Shown here: positions 50,030-64,000 of the stretch, piece after piece
Layout of the letters: every line of letters starts with the position of its first letter
Position numbering within the stretch: the stretch's first letter is position 1
Source: Octopus sinensis
Taxonomy: Eukaryota
Direction of reading: 5' to 3'
Length of the DNA stretch: 64,000 nt
NCBI RefSeq assembly: GCF_006345805.1
Contig: NC_042999.1
Coordinates: 114,576,001-114,640,000 of the forward strand
Made by a program: the position numbers and the translations under genes
Notes under the pieces: generated by a model
Told to the model about the DNA's origin: nothing
The model's database searches: none
What the model saw: only the letters and a program-made list of their open reading frames with translations

Positions 50030-50250
50030 GGCGGTGAGATTGCAGAATCGTTAGCACGCTATACAAAATACTTAGCAGCGTCTCGTCCATCTTTATGTTC
50101 TGAGTTCAAATTGCACCGAGGTCGACTTTGCTTTTTCTCCTTTTGGGGTTAATAAAATGAGTACAAGTTGAGCACTGTGGTCGACATAATTGACTTACTC
50201 CCTTCCTCCGCACTTGCTGACCTTGTGCTAAAATTCGAAACCTGTATGTG
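50030..50250 (+). mobile_element. SINE family A copy
   Basis: AAGGCGGTGAGATTGCAGAATCGTTAGCACG head and family body. Confidence 0.85.
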
Positions 50251-50466
50251 TGTGTGTAATCCGTAGTGTCCATGGATACTGGGTGGCTCATAGTTCATGC
50301 GTTCATTGCCTGATGAAATGAATGCATGAGCTATGATCCACCCGACGTCGAAGAACACTTTGGATTGTACTATATTCATCCCAGGAATACAGATACACAC
50401 ACATACACACACGCACACCACACACACACACACACATACACACACACACTCACACACACACACACA

Positions 50467-50679
<213 letters not shown>

Positions 50680-51129
50680 ATATATATAATGTACTTATTT
50701 GTGTATTGTATAAATATGCATATACATGTACACACACACGAACACTTGCGAACATATTCAAAAGTATGTACATATGTAGGTCTGTGCATGCGTACAATGT
50801 CTATTCAAGATCGTACATTCGTTCGTCATGAATGAAGCGAAAGTTACTAAACATTTAATTAGGATAGATGCTTGTACAGCATTTCTAAGTACCAGCTGTA
50901 CATGATTGCAATCATCTGAGCTATCACTATAATTAATGATACTGTCTAAATGACCATATTTATAATCCAGAAGAAATTTTATTGATTGAACAGGTCGCTG
51001 TTTGTTCGTTTTCTTAAGCAGTTATCAATCAAAATATTAGCCACGTTGAATATATACTACGTGAAATTTAAGCCGGTAGTTGGAAGGAAAATGTGTGTGT
51101 TTGTGTGAATGTGTGTGTGTGTACGTGTG

Positions 51130-51660
51130 TAAGCGGGAGAGAGAGAGAGAGAGAGTGAAAGAGAGAGAGAGGGAGAGAGAGAAGAGAAGAGATAGATGTA
51201 TAAGAAGAAAAAGAAGTGAAGTGAGTTAGAGAGAGTAAGGAGAGAAAATATATAGATCAAGGTAGAGGCCAACAGATGAAAGAGAGAAAGAGAGAAGGAA
51301 GAGACCAACGAGAGAGAAAGAGAGAAGGGGAGGAATGAAGGAGAGAGACAGAGAAAAATGGGATGAAAAGAAGGGATAGAGGTATAAAGGGGAAGAGAGA
51401 GAAATGGAGAGAGTTAGAGAGATATACAAAGAAAGAGAAGAAATAAGAAAAATAAGATGGAGGATTATGGTTGATAGAAAACGTGGACGAAAGAGAGAGA
51501 TGGGGGAGAGGGAGAAAGGGAGAGAAAGAAATGAAAGCGTAGACATAAAGAGAAAGAAGGAGAAAGTGTGGGGGAGAGTGAGAGAAAGTGAGAGAGAGAA
51601 AGAGAGAGAGAGGGAGGGAAGGAGAGAGAGAGACAATAGAGAAAGGAAAATAATGAGGGA
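51130..51660. repeat. GA-rich low-complexity tract (similar tracts at 16870-17280 and, CT-rich, 19405-19625)
   Basis: Direct reading. Confidence 0.9.
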
Positions 51661-52036
51661 GATATAATTTCACACTACAGCATTAGTGGCCCAAACTCAA
51701 CATTACTTCATTTTCCAACACATGATATAAACGTGCAGACACATACATACACACATTGGCCGACTTATATACACACGTACATACATACAAATATACATAC
51801 ATATATATGTATTGGCAAACATAATGCTTTGACATCCACACAGAAATATACATATACATTCATCTTATATAGCAACATACACATACATGCGGTATATATG
51901 TATGTATGAACGTATGTATATACGTGCATATTTATATAAGTATGTATATGTATGTATACTTACAGATATGTATGTATAGAAATATGAATTTATACATGTA
52001 TGTGTATGCTATATAAATATGCATATACGTGTGCAT

Positions 52037-52067
<31 letters not shown>

Positions 52068-52980
52068 CATATACATAGATATGGATACATACACATACAC
52101 ACATGTATGTATGCATGCATATGTACAGTATATATATGTACATACGTATAAACATGTATATCTACATTTATATTTATACACGCACATATACATATATATA
52201 CATGTGTGTGTGTGTGTATGTATATATGATTATATATATTTGGCCATACAATGATATGCACATACATATATCTTCGCCCCCCCCACTCCCTACCTCTCTC
52301 TCTATATATAGATATATATATATGTATGTATGTATACAAACACACACACATCTATTTATACACGTACACACACAGAGATATTTAGATATCTTTACATTCA
52401 TACATATTTATGTATGTAAGCATATAGCATGTAAGTATAAAAGTATAAATACACACAAGTTTACATATATTTGTCGGATGATCTATATACGTATGAAAGA
52501 TATTTACATAACACTTGCATCTTTGCATATATACAAATTAATTTATAGACAAATAAACACAAATGCTTAAACATACACTACACAGCCAGAGCTAAAACTA
52601 AGAGTTCAAATGAAGCTTGATAAATGAAGTTATCTCACTGCTTATTCTCAAAGGAGTGAGTCTAATGAAGCTTTAAATCATACTACTCAACTATACAATG
52701 GTTAGGTTAGGAATGTACCAGAGAGGTATATATTTGCGTGTATATACGTTATTACGTTACTTACATACATACATACATGCTTATATGTTTGCATACATAT
52801 ATACAGATACTTACATGCACATATATATATATATATGTATGTATGTATGTATGCATGTATGTATGTGTGTGTATACATACATATATACATATATATATAA
52901 TATATAATATAATATATATATAATATATATTATATATATATAATATATATATATATATAAAATATATATAATATATAATA

Positions 52981-53015
<35 letters not shown>

Positions 53016-53115
53016 GATGGATGTATATATATGGATGGATGTATATATATTCATTCGCTCTCCTTTCATCTCGTTCTTATTTTGTCAACTCAATACAACT
53101 AGCTACTATCTTTCC

Positions 53116-53189
<74 letters not shown>

Positions 53190-53561
53190 ATATACACATG
53201 TATATATACATATATACAGGTATAATACATATATACATACATATATATATATATACACACATGCATACACACACAGATGCATGTATTTATTACATCTTAC
53301 ATTCAAGCATATACACATTAATGCAACATAACCTCACTTACTTATGCATGCAAGTATGAATGTATGTATGTATATATCTATGTATGGGCTATACATTAGA
53401 GAAAACAAGAGGGAGAATGGATAAGGTTAGACAGAACAAACATGAGAAAAATTATTCAATACATTCACATGTATATTTACTATTTTCTAATCGGCAGTAA
53501 GTTATAATGAATTGATTGAACGGCCGATTGTTTCCTATGTCTGCGTATATATAGAGGCACA

Positions 53562-53684
<123 letters not shown>

Positions 53685-53749
53685 GTTCTATCTGTGTGCA
53701 GCCCTGTGTGGCTAATAAAGAAACATATCTACATACATACGTACATACA

Positions 53750-53781
<32 letters not shown>

Positions 53782-53796
53782 CACACACACACACGC

Positions 53797-53876
<80 letters not shown>

Positions 53877-53881
<5 letters not shown>

Positions 53882-54085
53882 ATCCAAACAAGAAAGCACA
53901 AATAAAACACAACAACGCGAGGACGTGGAACAAATATAGTATTATTGGACGCTCAGGAAAGAAGGAAAGAAGGAGGGTTTAACGTTTCGAGCGGAGCTCT
54001 TCGTCGGAAATATAGGAGAAGGAAAGATCCAGAGAAGGGAAGACAGAGGAAAAAAAATCGCCAACGGTACACACGCGGTCACATT
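53877..54085 (-). mobile_element. Family P2 copy
   Basis: Reverse complement of 39975-40180 over its full length; abuts (TA)n. Confidence 0.8.
53977..54011 (-). ncRNA. Minimal hammerhead motif (family H2)
   Basis: ATTT-CCGACGA-A-GAGC(TCC)GCTC-GAAA-C|GTT-AAAC. Confidence 0.65.
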
Positions 54086-54159
54086 TTCAGGCCGCCACCG
54101 ACAACAGATGCAGGATGGCCACCACTAACACCAACACAGATGTCTCAAAAATATTTCTA

Positions 54160-55860
54160 CTAAATATCGGAGGGTTGTTGCACGGCGACTGTGAAACAAA
54201 AGTCTCATTCCTAAGAGACTTTGCTGCATGCAATCAAGCTCAAATGCATAACACTTGTGGAAACGTATCTTAGACCTGATATACGGGATGTAAAAATACA
54301 TATACATCAGTATGTTGTCATACGCTCTGAAAAAGAAGGAAGGGTTTATGGAGGAGTTGCTGTGTACATTCGAGAGGACCTCACGCCCGAGGTCCTGCTG
54401 TCATATTCAAATTCAATGTGTGACACTGTAATGGTACACATAAGCCAACTTAATATTGTCATATGTAACTACATATCGCCCACCGGATGCTCCAAATCAT
54501 ACAGGTAAGTTTGAAGACTGCCTAGTAAAGACAGAAGTCCTCGCCAAACTGGAACAACATATCAGCGTATTTCTTTCGGGTGACTTTACCTTCCCCAATG
54601 TGGGATAGCCTGGGATCCACATGCTCCCAGGAATGACGCATCACCAATAAGTGCAGGCGGAGTCCTTGCTCCATCTTACCAACGCTCCTTTCGTGGAGCA
54701 AATTGTACTGCAACCAACCAGGGCAAATAATATTCTGGATCTGTGCTTCACAAACAATATGGACATTATCCATAATGTTAAAGGGATGCCGACGCTGATC
54801 TCGGATCACAACATAATAGAGATGTCTATGTATGGACCAAAAGCCCCACAGACGTACAGCCTATACGAAGCACCCAAAATCTCTCCAAGCTAAATTTTCA
54901 TAAAGCAAACTGGAAGTTGATTGAGAAAGAGATCCTCAAACAAGTTTGTCCTCTCCACACCAGACAATGACATGAAACACAAATATATCATGTTCATAAT
55001 GAAAGCCATAATGTCCCAATCCGCAGGGCCACCATACTCAAAACCAGGATCCCTAGGGAAAGAAAGATTCCTATGAGACGACGGGCAAAGATTGCGAGCC
55101 GACTGAGCAAGCACCCCAAAGAGAAAGTGCTATTGGAGATTGAGAAAAATCTGCATCAATCTTACGAAAAGGAGAGAGCAGATAAGGAAGCTTGGGTTAT
55201 AGAAAATATCAATTCCAACCTTAAAGCTGTCTTTAACTTTGCCAAAGAAACAGCCTCAAAAAGATGGCTCAAAAAGATGGCTCTCTCACAGGAAACCCAA
55301 TTAGGATAAGTGAAATACTGAATGAACAGTTCCAAAGCGTATTCTCTATATCTCTGGGACACAGGCAAGTGAACAAGCCAGCAGAATTCTTTGCCACTCT
55401 ACCTGTAATCAAAGAAGCGGAAATTGATTACATCAACATTGAAGAAGATGTAACACTGGCCATATATGAGGTTGACACCAACTCAGTTGAAGAAAATGAC
55501 TTGCTGACTGACACCCAGCATGGATTCGACCAGGTAGAAGCTGCCTAACACACCTCTTGCAACACTACGACTGAGTGTTAAAACAGCTGCTGAATGATTT
55601 AAGTGTTGATGTGATATATCTCAACTTTGCAAAAGCCTTTGATAAATCGACCATGGTATGACATGTTACAAGCTGCGTGATCTCGGCATAGTTGGAAAAT
55701 TTGGAGAGTGGCTGCACGACTTTCTAAAAGATAGACGTCAGGCAGTGGTGGCCAACGGAGCCACCTCCAAGGAAACACAAATAGCAAGTGGTGTTCTACA
55801 TAGCACTGTCTTAGGGCCATTGTTATTCATATTGGTCCTCTCAGACATGCCGTCAGCTGC
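54160..55860 (+). mobile_element. Decayed CR1/L2-group LINE ORF2 (APE endonuclease plus RT), internally deleted
   Basis: APE: LLNIGGL, LVETYL, YGGVAVYIRE, GDFTFP, QPTRANNILDLCFTN, SDHNII. RT: QHGF, YLNFAKAFDK, WLHDFLKDRRQAV, SGVLHSTVLGPLLF. Many frameshifts. Confidence 0.88.
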
Positions 55861-55914
55861 TCAGCTACCCACCTTTTTAATTAATTTCTTTTTAACTAAA
55901 CAGACTTTTATATT

Positions 55915-56325
55915 TATTTCTTTATTGCCTACAGGGGGCTAAACATAGAGGGGACAAACAAGGACAGACAAACGGATTAAGTCGATTACATAGACCCCAG
56001 TGCGTAACTCGTACTTATTTAATCGACCCCGAAAGGATGAAAGACAAAGTTGGCCCCAACAGAATTTGAACTCAGAACGTAACGGCAGACGAAATACCTA
56101 TTTCTTTACTGCCCACGAGGGGCTACACACAGAGGGGAGAAACAAGGACAGACAAACAGATTAAGTCGATTATATCGACCCCAGTGCGTAACTGGTACTT
56201 ATTTAATCGACCCCGAAAGGATGAAAGGCAAAGCTGACTTCAGCGGAATTTGAACTCAGAACGTAGAGGCAGACGAAATACGGCAAAGCATTTCGCCCGA
56301 CGTGCTAACTTTTCTACCAGCTTGT
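55915..56325 (-). mobile_element. Two tandem SINE family A copies at the end of the LINE remnant
   Basis: Family motifs repeated twice on the minus strand. Confidence 0.88.
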
Positions 56326-56959
56326 GATTATAGTAAGATAAAATTATGACAATAACAATACATCTCATAGTTGTAAAGTAAGACATTTTGAAACTACATA
56401 TACGTCAAGAACAAAAAAATCTAGCTGCGGACTCGTTGCTCTATGGTATTGATTCTTCGAACAGAGTGGTGACAGTAGCGATGACCCAGAAGTTGTTCCT
56501 CTTCGATTACTATCACAACCGAGTACCCGTCGTTGATTGGTTGAAATTACCCAAATACAACAATAACTTCTAAAATAGGAAATTTCGTCAAAAATTTCAG
56601 AGTAAACCGTGTTCTACGTGAGAAATTCTACCAGTATTCGAGATTTCAAACTGTTTAGTTTTAAAAATTAATTAAAAAATCTGTGACTGAGATGGAATAG
56701 ATCCGACTTAACTAGTACTTATTTTGTCGTCCTCGAAACAATGAAAGACAAAGTCGACTCTGAATTCAGAATGTGAAGCGTAAGCAATGCTGCTTAGCAT
56801 TTTGTCTAGTGTGCAAACAATTTTGCCAGCCCCCCCTCTCAACATTCAGTGTGGTAATAGCGAATCATAACACGTCAGTTAGTCATCAATCTACAATTGC
56901 TAGAATGAGCACAAGTTTAGTGACCTTGATGCTTTGTTGCGCGTTCAACATCGAATAAT

Positions 56960-57190
56960 TTGGAAGTGCATCTTGTTTCAAATTGAGAAAAACTATTGCG
57001 GAAACTTTTGTAATGTGGCAACAGGCCTACGCGATGGAATGCTTGAACCGTATTCATTGTTAGAAGTGGTGACAGAGTTTTAAGTCAGGAAAAACAACCA
57101 CCAGATATTATCACAAATTTAGACGATCTTCAATAATACGACCGACGATCACATTGCGGAAGTGTATACCGAAATATCTGAAAATTATCT
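56960..57190 (+). pseudogene. Mariner transposase N-terminal (HTH) remnant
   Basis: KLRKTIAETFVMWQQAYAMECLNR...KW*QSFKSGK...STDDHIAEV, cf. ETF.ML..AYG.E.LSR..V.EW...FK.GR. Confidence 0.7.
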
Positions 57191-57486
57191 CCTGGCTTTT
57201 TGGCTAAATTTTCTAAGATTTAGGCATCTGAAAACTTTCCTATGACATAATTTTAAAATGACAATAAAGATGTATCCTGTCATCACAAACATTTATCATA
57301 GATGAATCAAAAGAGAACGGAGTCGCATAACCAATCAGGAGTTGTTTGAAATATAGAAATATAGAAATCATTGTTATTATAGTGTTCAAATCCTTTCATA
57401 TTTGTCTTTTATCTTTCCGGAGTCGATATAATCCGCTAACTCCTTACCATCCCAAATTTGTAGACCTGTGTCTGTTAGAAACTATT

Positions 57487-57880
57487 AAGGCGACGAGCTG
57501 GCAGAAACGTTAGCACGCCGGGCGAAATGCGTAGCCGTATTTCATCTGGCATTACGTTCTGAGTTCAAATTCCGCCGAGGTCGACTTTACCTTTCGGGGT
57601 CGATAAATTAAATACCAGTTATGCACTGGGGTCGATGTAATCGACTTAATCCGTTTGTCTGTCCTTGTTTGTCTCCTCTGTGTTTAGCCCCTAGTGGATA
57701 GTAAAGAAATAGGTATTTCGTCCATCTTTACGTTCTGAGTTCAATTTCCGCCGAGCTCGACTTCACCTTTCATCCTTTCAGGGTCGATAAATTAAATACC
57801 AGTGAAACACTGGGGTCGATGTAATCGACTAGTCTCCTTTCCGCAAATTCCAGGCCTTGTGCTTTTATTTGGAAAGATTA
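57487..57880 (+). mobile_element. Two tandem SINE family A copies with different 3' tails
   Basis: First tail GTTTAGCCCCTAGTGG; second tail AAATTCCAGGCCTTGTGC. Confidence 0.88.
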
Positions 57881-58059
57881 TTTATCGAAGCATTTTATGA
57901 GAAATTGTTGGTTGATAAAACAAGAAATAATTAATTTTCCTTTCTTTTTAGTAATGCGTGTGTGTGTGTGAGAGAGACAGGGAGAGGGAGAGAGAGAGAG
58001 AGGGGGAGAGAGAGAGAAAGAGAGAGTATGTGCGTATGTCTTTAGGTACATCAAACAAT

Positions 58060-58450
58060 TATTTGAAGGGTGTCGTAATAGGCGGTGAAACTTGGATTGC
58101 GTGGCTGCGAAGTCGAAGCAAAAGAGGCAAACGTCTCAGGTGATTGGACCAAAAATTAACATATGATAGAAATAAATACTTTAAGAAGCCCGAAATCGCA
58201 TTCAAATGTTGATTTTTTTTCTGCTTTTCTTTTTGCGATTGCAATAAACTCCGTGATACATGACAGGCGATAAATAGCTTTAATTGGATGTATTGAGGCG
58301 TTTGAGAGAGGCAGTGCAAAGGAAGAGAGACCTGAGGTATGTACAAGCAAAATCTCGTGCTGTACCATTACAACGCATGCGCTCCCGCGTCACTCTTTCT
58401 CCGCATTTCAGCAAAGAACAAAATCGAAGCAAATTCGCGATAAGAAATTC
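58060..58450. promoter_or_regulatory. CpG-rich promoter-like segment with a possible non-coding first-exon donor
   Basis: ATTGG (CCAAT-box) motifs, CGCATGCG (NRF1-like) at 58374-58381, GAG|GTATGT donor at 58336/7. Confidence 0.3.
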
Positions 58451-58975
58451 TCATTACTCCTGAAAATGCATCTTGATGTATTTTCAAAACTGGAAGGAAG
58501 ATGTTGAGATTTGTGTATCAATATTAACCGAAACTATTTTAAAAGAAACGAGTCTGATTAAATTGTATGTTAACCAATAAGATTGTATTTATTTTTTAAA
58601 GCTCGGTTTCTTTTTGAACAGAACTCGTAAACACACGCATATATATATAACGTGTATGTGTGTGTGTATGTGTGTGTGTATGTGTGTGTATTTATTTCGG
58701 TGTATTTATGCTTGTGTGCATTTAATTTATCATGTTTAGATATGAATTGGTTAATTTGGAAATGTGCACCTATAAGTAATTCCGTGTTTATATATGTTTT
58801 TACTTTAATATAGATATTAAATATTTAATATTGACATTGCAACTGTCCTTTGCAAATTACAAATTTATATATTTTGTGTACATATTTGAGCGTATCTGTC
58901 CTTTTGCGTATCTATATACATGTGTGTGTGTGTGCAGGGGGTGCGCGCACGTGTATGTATAAATATATATATATG

Positions 58976-59036
<61 letters not shown>

Positions 59037-59177
59037 CACATGCATATGAAGGAAGATGCCTCGAATTTATTGATGTATAAAACTACATATGATCAATTAC
59101 TGAAATTGCTTACATGTTTACGGATGTGTGTATGTGTTCGTGCATATTATGTTTGTATTTGTTCAGAGATGGCTTTA

Positions 59178-59222
<45 letters not shown>

Positions 59223-59389
59223 GTTTACAAATTCGCAATGCTTGTGTGTGTTGGGGGCGTGTGTGTGTGTGTACGCGCGTATATATATATATATGTGTGT
59301 GTGTGTGTATGTGCGTATGTGTGTGTGTGCGTGCGTGCGTGTGTGTGTAATAACACCATATTTTTGAACCGACTAGCCCCTAATTCTAC

Positions 59390-59636
59390 AATGTATCCAT
59401 CTCTTAGGACTCTATCCTGATCCTTGGAAACGCTAGTGTGTGTCCCATTCCTAAGAAAGGCAGCCACTGTGTTCCTGCCAACTATCACCCTATTGCATCT
59501 GTGATATACGTCATTTAATAGAGAGTCAAGGTCTTCCACATCTCTCTCCCCCATCCTCCACACCTCTCTCTCCCGTCCCCCACCTCTCTCACTTTCTCTG
59601 TACGTATACACTCTCTCACACACACACGCACACACA

Positions 59637-59682
<46 letters not shown>

Positions 59683-60350
59683 ATACATATTAATTGCTGG
59701 TAGGGATACCGTATTTAGTTTTGCAACCATAATATTCTACAAAGTATATTAAAGTCAATACTGTATCTTTATGTTAGCTGTGTGCTGTTTTTATTTCTTA
59801 AGTTTATCTCTACAGATTTTCCATAGAATTTAGAGCCAACACTGAAAGTTACAATTCGTACACGAATACGTCTATGTAAACAATGCAATCGAAGACAGAA
59901 AAATAGATATTGGTTTTATATGGATATTTCAGAAGTTATTGCTTCTTCTTCAGCACCACATCCAACCCATTAACTATCCACGAATACTAACTCTTACGCA
60001 GATGACACTATCAGCCTTTTCTCACATTCTCCAATTATGCATTCACCACTTGTAACTAAGAAAACATGCCAAACCCACACTGACCCCATGAGGGAAGACC
60101 ACGAATGTAGCCAATTTTGTCCTTGTCAACATCAGGAGAATACAAATACTGCTTTCATCAAGAAAACATCGCACTTGCAACTCCTTATAATCAGAAGCGG
60201 TTTCTCACTTCGAATTGCTCCAACTGTTGTGTCTCACTATTATTGAGAAAATCTCATGGCGAAAGCTCATCCTTAACGTAACTAGATAAACGTCCCGACG
60301 ATTAGCAGTTCTCTTCATGGCCAGAAAATAATTTATCCTTTAAGAATTAA
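59390..60350 (+). mobile_element. Decayed LINE RT fragments (59390-59530 and 59950-60350)
   Basis: PDPWKR..CPIPKKG....ANYHPIA and SYADDT motifs, with stops and frameshifts, interrupted by SSRs. Confidence 0.65.
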
Positions 60351-60389
60351 TGACACGCTAAGAATTTCAGGTGAAGTCCACAGTTCAAT

Positions 60390-61178
60390 ATTACGATTGC
60401 ATCTGGAACAATATCAGAGACCTGGGTGTAATTGTTGATGACGATCTCAGTTGGAGTGCACACATCAACAAGAAGGTCGATATAGCTCGTAGGATGAGTT
60501 CCTGGATCTTAAGAACTTTCCGGTCAAGAGAACAAGGTGTCATCATACCACTTTTCTCCTCCTTTGTACGGCCACACCTCGAATACTGCTGCCCACTGTG
60601 GTCTCCCCATACAAGACAAAACATCTCGAGGATTGAGTCACCCCAGAGGGCACTCACAAAACGAATTGAAGGCATGGCTGCTCTCGATTATTGGGATCGC
60701 CTTAAAGCCTTGAAACTTTACTCTCTCCAGCGTCGCCGTGAGCGGTACATCATTTGTATGATGTGGAGAATATACCGCCAATTTTGCCCAAACGACCTGA
60801 ACATTAGCTTCAAGGTTCATCCAAGACTGGGACCACGGGCCATACGTCCCCTGCCCAATTCAAGATCACAGCATACATGTACACTGCAACATAATTTCTT
60901 TTCCTCAACAGGCCTTGCGCTATTTAACATTGTCCCGAAAGAGATCAAAGAGGAAAAGGATCCCATCAACTTTAAACGGAGTCTGGATAGATTCCTTCAA
61001 AGAATACCAGATAAGCCACCCATAATTGGATACAACTCACCCAACAAGAACTCACTACTTGAATGGACCATAAACAAAACTTGACTTAAACAGGATTCGA
61101 ATAATCCTATCAGGTGGTGCTATTAAGTTAGACATGGCCTGGACCAATCTTTGGTCGAAACATATCTAAGTTTATCTA

Positions 61179-61185
<7 letters not shown>
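60390..61185 (+). mobile_element. CR1/L2-group LINE 3' end with open frame and intact 3'UTR/tail
   Basis: IRDLGVIVDDDLSW, FVRPHLEYCCPLWSP, LYSLQRRRER. The 3'UTR has hairpins and ends in (ATCTAAGTTT)x2. Confidence 0.92.
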
Positions 61186-61232
<47 letters not shown>

Positions 61233-61773
61233 ATATATTATGGTAACAGTTCAGCACCCTACACAGACCAAAACGAAACTACTATTATCTTAAATAATTG
61301 ACTATCTTTCAGGATGAAATTTCAAATTATTTATTTTGTAAACAGCCACCAACTAAATTCCAACTATTCTACAATAATGATATGGAGAAAAAAGAACGAA
61401 ATCCTAAACAAACTATTATACATAGATGACGTCACATCACATGAGCAATCACCTAATTTTTGTTTCTTCTTCAAATACTCAAAGAATGGCTACGATTGAC
61501 GTAGATACTTTTATTGTCTCAAATACGTTCAAATTCTTACTATTGTAAAAGCTTTCAGCTTTTGTATGATTTATTAGGATTTAGAATTCCTTTTCTACTA
61601 TTGGCGTGCTTGGTTAAGTTTTTAAATATCTGTATGTCAGTGTGTGTATTGGGTTTCGTGTAACGTATGCAAATGTGTGTGCGTGTGTGCGCGTGCATAT
61701 ATTTGTGTGTGTGTGTATACATATAAAAATATGTGAATGAATATATGCTTATATATGTGTGTGTGTGTATGTA

Positions 61774-61808
<35 letters not shown>

Positions 61809-61820
61809 GCATACACACAC

Positions 61821-61853
<33 letters not shown>

Positions 61854-61863
61854 TGTATGTATG

Positions 61864-61894
<31 letters not shown>

Positions 61895-61959
61895 ATGTGT
61901 GTGTGTCTGTTTGTCTGTCTGTGTACATCATTGGATTTGGAGGAAGTTACAGTGCCATT

Positions 61960-63480
61960 GCTTTTGCAAGCGAAACCGATAAGTCTTGCTAAAACGAGAT
62001 GAGCAGGGAGTGAGTTATAGAGGATCGACATTCTGGGGAAGAAGCACTGTGCGTAGTGAAAGTGCGTTGTCTGGGGTTGGATGTAACAAGAGTAATGAGA
62101 AGAGGAAAGGCGAGTGGCTCGGGAATGAAATAGTGTGAACATAGCCGTCTTCGAGGTACACAGGCCAATGTGGAAATGAGAGGAGACAGTGCAATGTAGA
62201 GCAGAAGCTGGAGTGCATCGAAAGGTAAGCTTATGTGAATCAGCCTATTAGATAGAGCGCAATCTAGTAGGATGTGAGTGCCGTAGCAGCATCGTCCCAC
62301 ATTTAAAAGCAATACTGTATTATGGGCATTAGCTGAACTTTGAGAAAGTCGATAATTGTTGAAGTATGAAGAGAAGGACCATATTAAATGCAGTCCTGAT
62401 TATGATAACGATATGCTTTCGCCGTGAGAGATCCTTGGTGATAGTGAGGTCCAACCCAATATTTTGAGCGATTGTCTGAGCTCTCATGATACAGAAGATG
62501 CAATGATGTTTCTTGATGTGAGTGGCATTTCTGTCTTCTTGCAGTTGAATGATATAAGATTGGCATATTCACATAGGAGGATACTTTCGGGGTCTCAGTT
62601 TATAAGGTCAATGTAAATTTGCCGGCGTGTGACTTTTAGTTAGAGAGGAGATTATACATGGGTGGAGAAGCTTAAGAAGGAATAAAAGAGTAGCACTATC
62701 TGCATGAGAGTGGACGTTATTAGATGGAAAGGGAAGCAGGTCTTTAATGAATAGGGAGATTGCAGTACAGAAAATCCTGCAGCTCGTTAGAGACCATAGA
62801 ATGAGGAACAGAGTGTCGTCAACACGCGCCGCGATAGTGCATTTATATTGGAGGCCTGCGATCAATTCTTCCAGTTTGTTTAATTCAAATAGTCATAAAG
62901 TCATAGTACCTGTTACTTATTCAGTTGTTGTGCACTACTGTAGGTGATGATAAAGTATTACGTTCATTGCTAGCTTGTGGAGAATTTGTCGATAAGTTAT
63001 TCTCATCTGTTGGATGGATCTATGTGATGGCCAAGACCTTTGTAAGGATTAACTCACTAACTTCTTTTGACTGGAAAAAGCTGTTATTTTTCCGTATCTG
63101 GTTTCTATGGGAAAAGAAGTTGTGTGATAGATACGAAGGAAAAGGCTGAAGATACACTTTTCTCTTTCACCTTCGTCGACATTTTCAAGTTTCATTTGGA
63201 AGAAGGTGAGAGTGGAAAATGACACAATATTATCCAACAAACTCGATGAAAGGCTTATAAAAATATCGAACATGGAACGAGCAAATGGGGAGCCAGGATT
63301 TGCGGGTTGCTCTGGTGGCAGTGGCATCATCAACAGCAGATGTTATGCTTTTTCTAAGGAGAAAGATTAAAGCGACCTCAATAGAAGTAAGCAAAGACGT
63401 AGTGATAGGACAGAGCATCCACATTACTCCCCATTATTCCACATTACTCTAACCACCCTTGGTGGTCAGAATAATATTAG
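61960..63480 (-). mobile_element. Decayed LINE RT region, related to the 59390-60350 type
   Basis: GSPFARSMFDIF (cf. GFR..RST.D), SLFIKDLL...VHSHADSATL (cf. SLFINDLL...IHSYADDSTL), thumb-region remnants; heavily mutated. Confidence 0.7.
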
Positions 63481-63694
63481 ATCTGTGAGCTACTTTGATT
63501 AGCCCGTGATGGCTTGCTCCGAAATTGGGAAGATATCCTTATTTGTATGTTATTGTTATCTGTTACTCTTTCTTTGCACACATTTACCTAAACAACATCA
63601 CTAGATTTGCGTTTCGTCTTTTGAAATGTCTCCGGCATTTTTGAGCATTTAAGTCTAACAAAGAAATTCGTGTCATTATAAAAGTATTCATCAG

Positions 63695-63707
63695 CAATCA
63701 TCATCAC

Positions 63708-63742
<35 letters not shown>

Positions 63743-63782
63743 CCATCATCACCATCACCATCATCATCATCATCATCATCAT

Positions 63783-63846
<64 letters not shown>

Positions 63847-63887
63847 TTCATCTTCATCATTATCATCATCATTATTATTATTATTAT
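63695..63887. repeat. (CAT)n to (TAT)n microsatellite
   Basis: Direct reading; source of the poly-M and poly-D ORFs. Confidence 0.97.
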
Positions 63888-64000
63888 GAGTGAAGGAGCA
63901 GTGCATACCATCAAAGTGGCACTGGGATAAAATATCCAAAGCCCAGTGTACCCATCTTGACTCCACCAGACATGCATCACAACCATATGTGCGCAACATG
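63888..64000 (+). mobile_element. 5' end of the repeat family seen at 29909-30337 (runs off the window)
   Basis: GAGTGAAGGAGCAGTGCATACCATCAAAGTGGCACTGGG...CATGCATCACAACCATATGTG. Confidence 0.8.

Noticed and set aside
61139-61163. CTG-GACCAA..TTGGTC-GAAAC as a hammerhead
   Set aside because: Lacks the CUGANGA core; better explained as the LINE 3' stem-loop.

Overview
Eukaryotic, AT-rich and dominated by repeats. The repeat families (three abundant tRNA-headed SINE families, (TAA)n-targeting R4/Dong LINEs, very dense TA/CA/TACA microsatellites) point to a coleoid cephalopod, probably Octopus; this is an inference. No host protein-coding gene could be identified with confidence. Most ORF-track entries are microsatellite artefacts, and I found only isolated candidate exons. 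Solid content: a 5'-truncated R4/Dong LINE with an unbroken 832-aa RT plus REL-endonuclease frame (45601-48190, minus); RTE and CR1/L2-type LINE fragments; decayed Tc1/mariner elements; a Penelope GIY-YIG remnant; dozens of SINE copies; a 100-N gap. Highlight 1: a 1384-bp non-autonomous Transib/RAG1-like DNA transposon (35394-36777). It has RSS-heptamer-like TIRs (CACATTG...), a reconstructable 5-bp CGGCG target duplication inside a SINE head, and a remnant transposase C-terminus ending in a degenerate Cx2Cx3GHx4C motif like the tail of ProtoRAG/RAG1L proteins. Highlight 2: several distinct short repeat families carry minimal type-I hammerhead-ribozyme cores (Penelope pLTR or retrozyme-like), sit next to (TA)n tracts, and in two places form inverted pairs.
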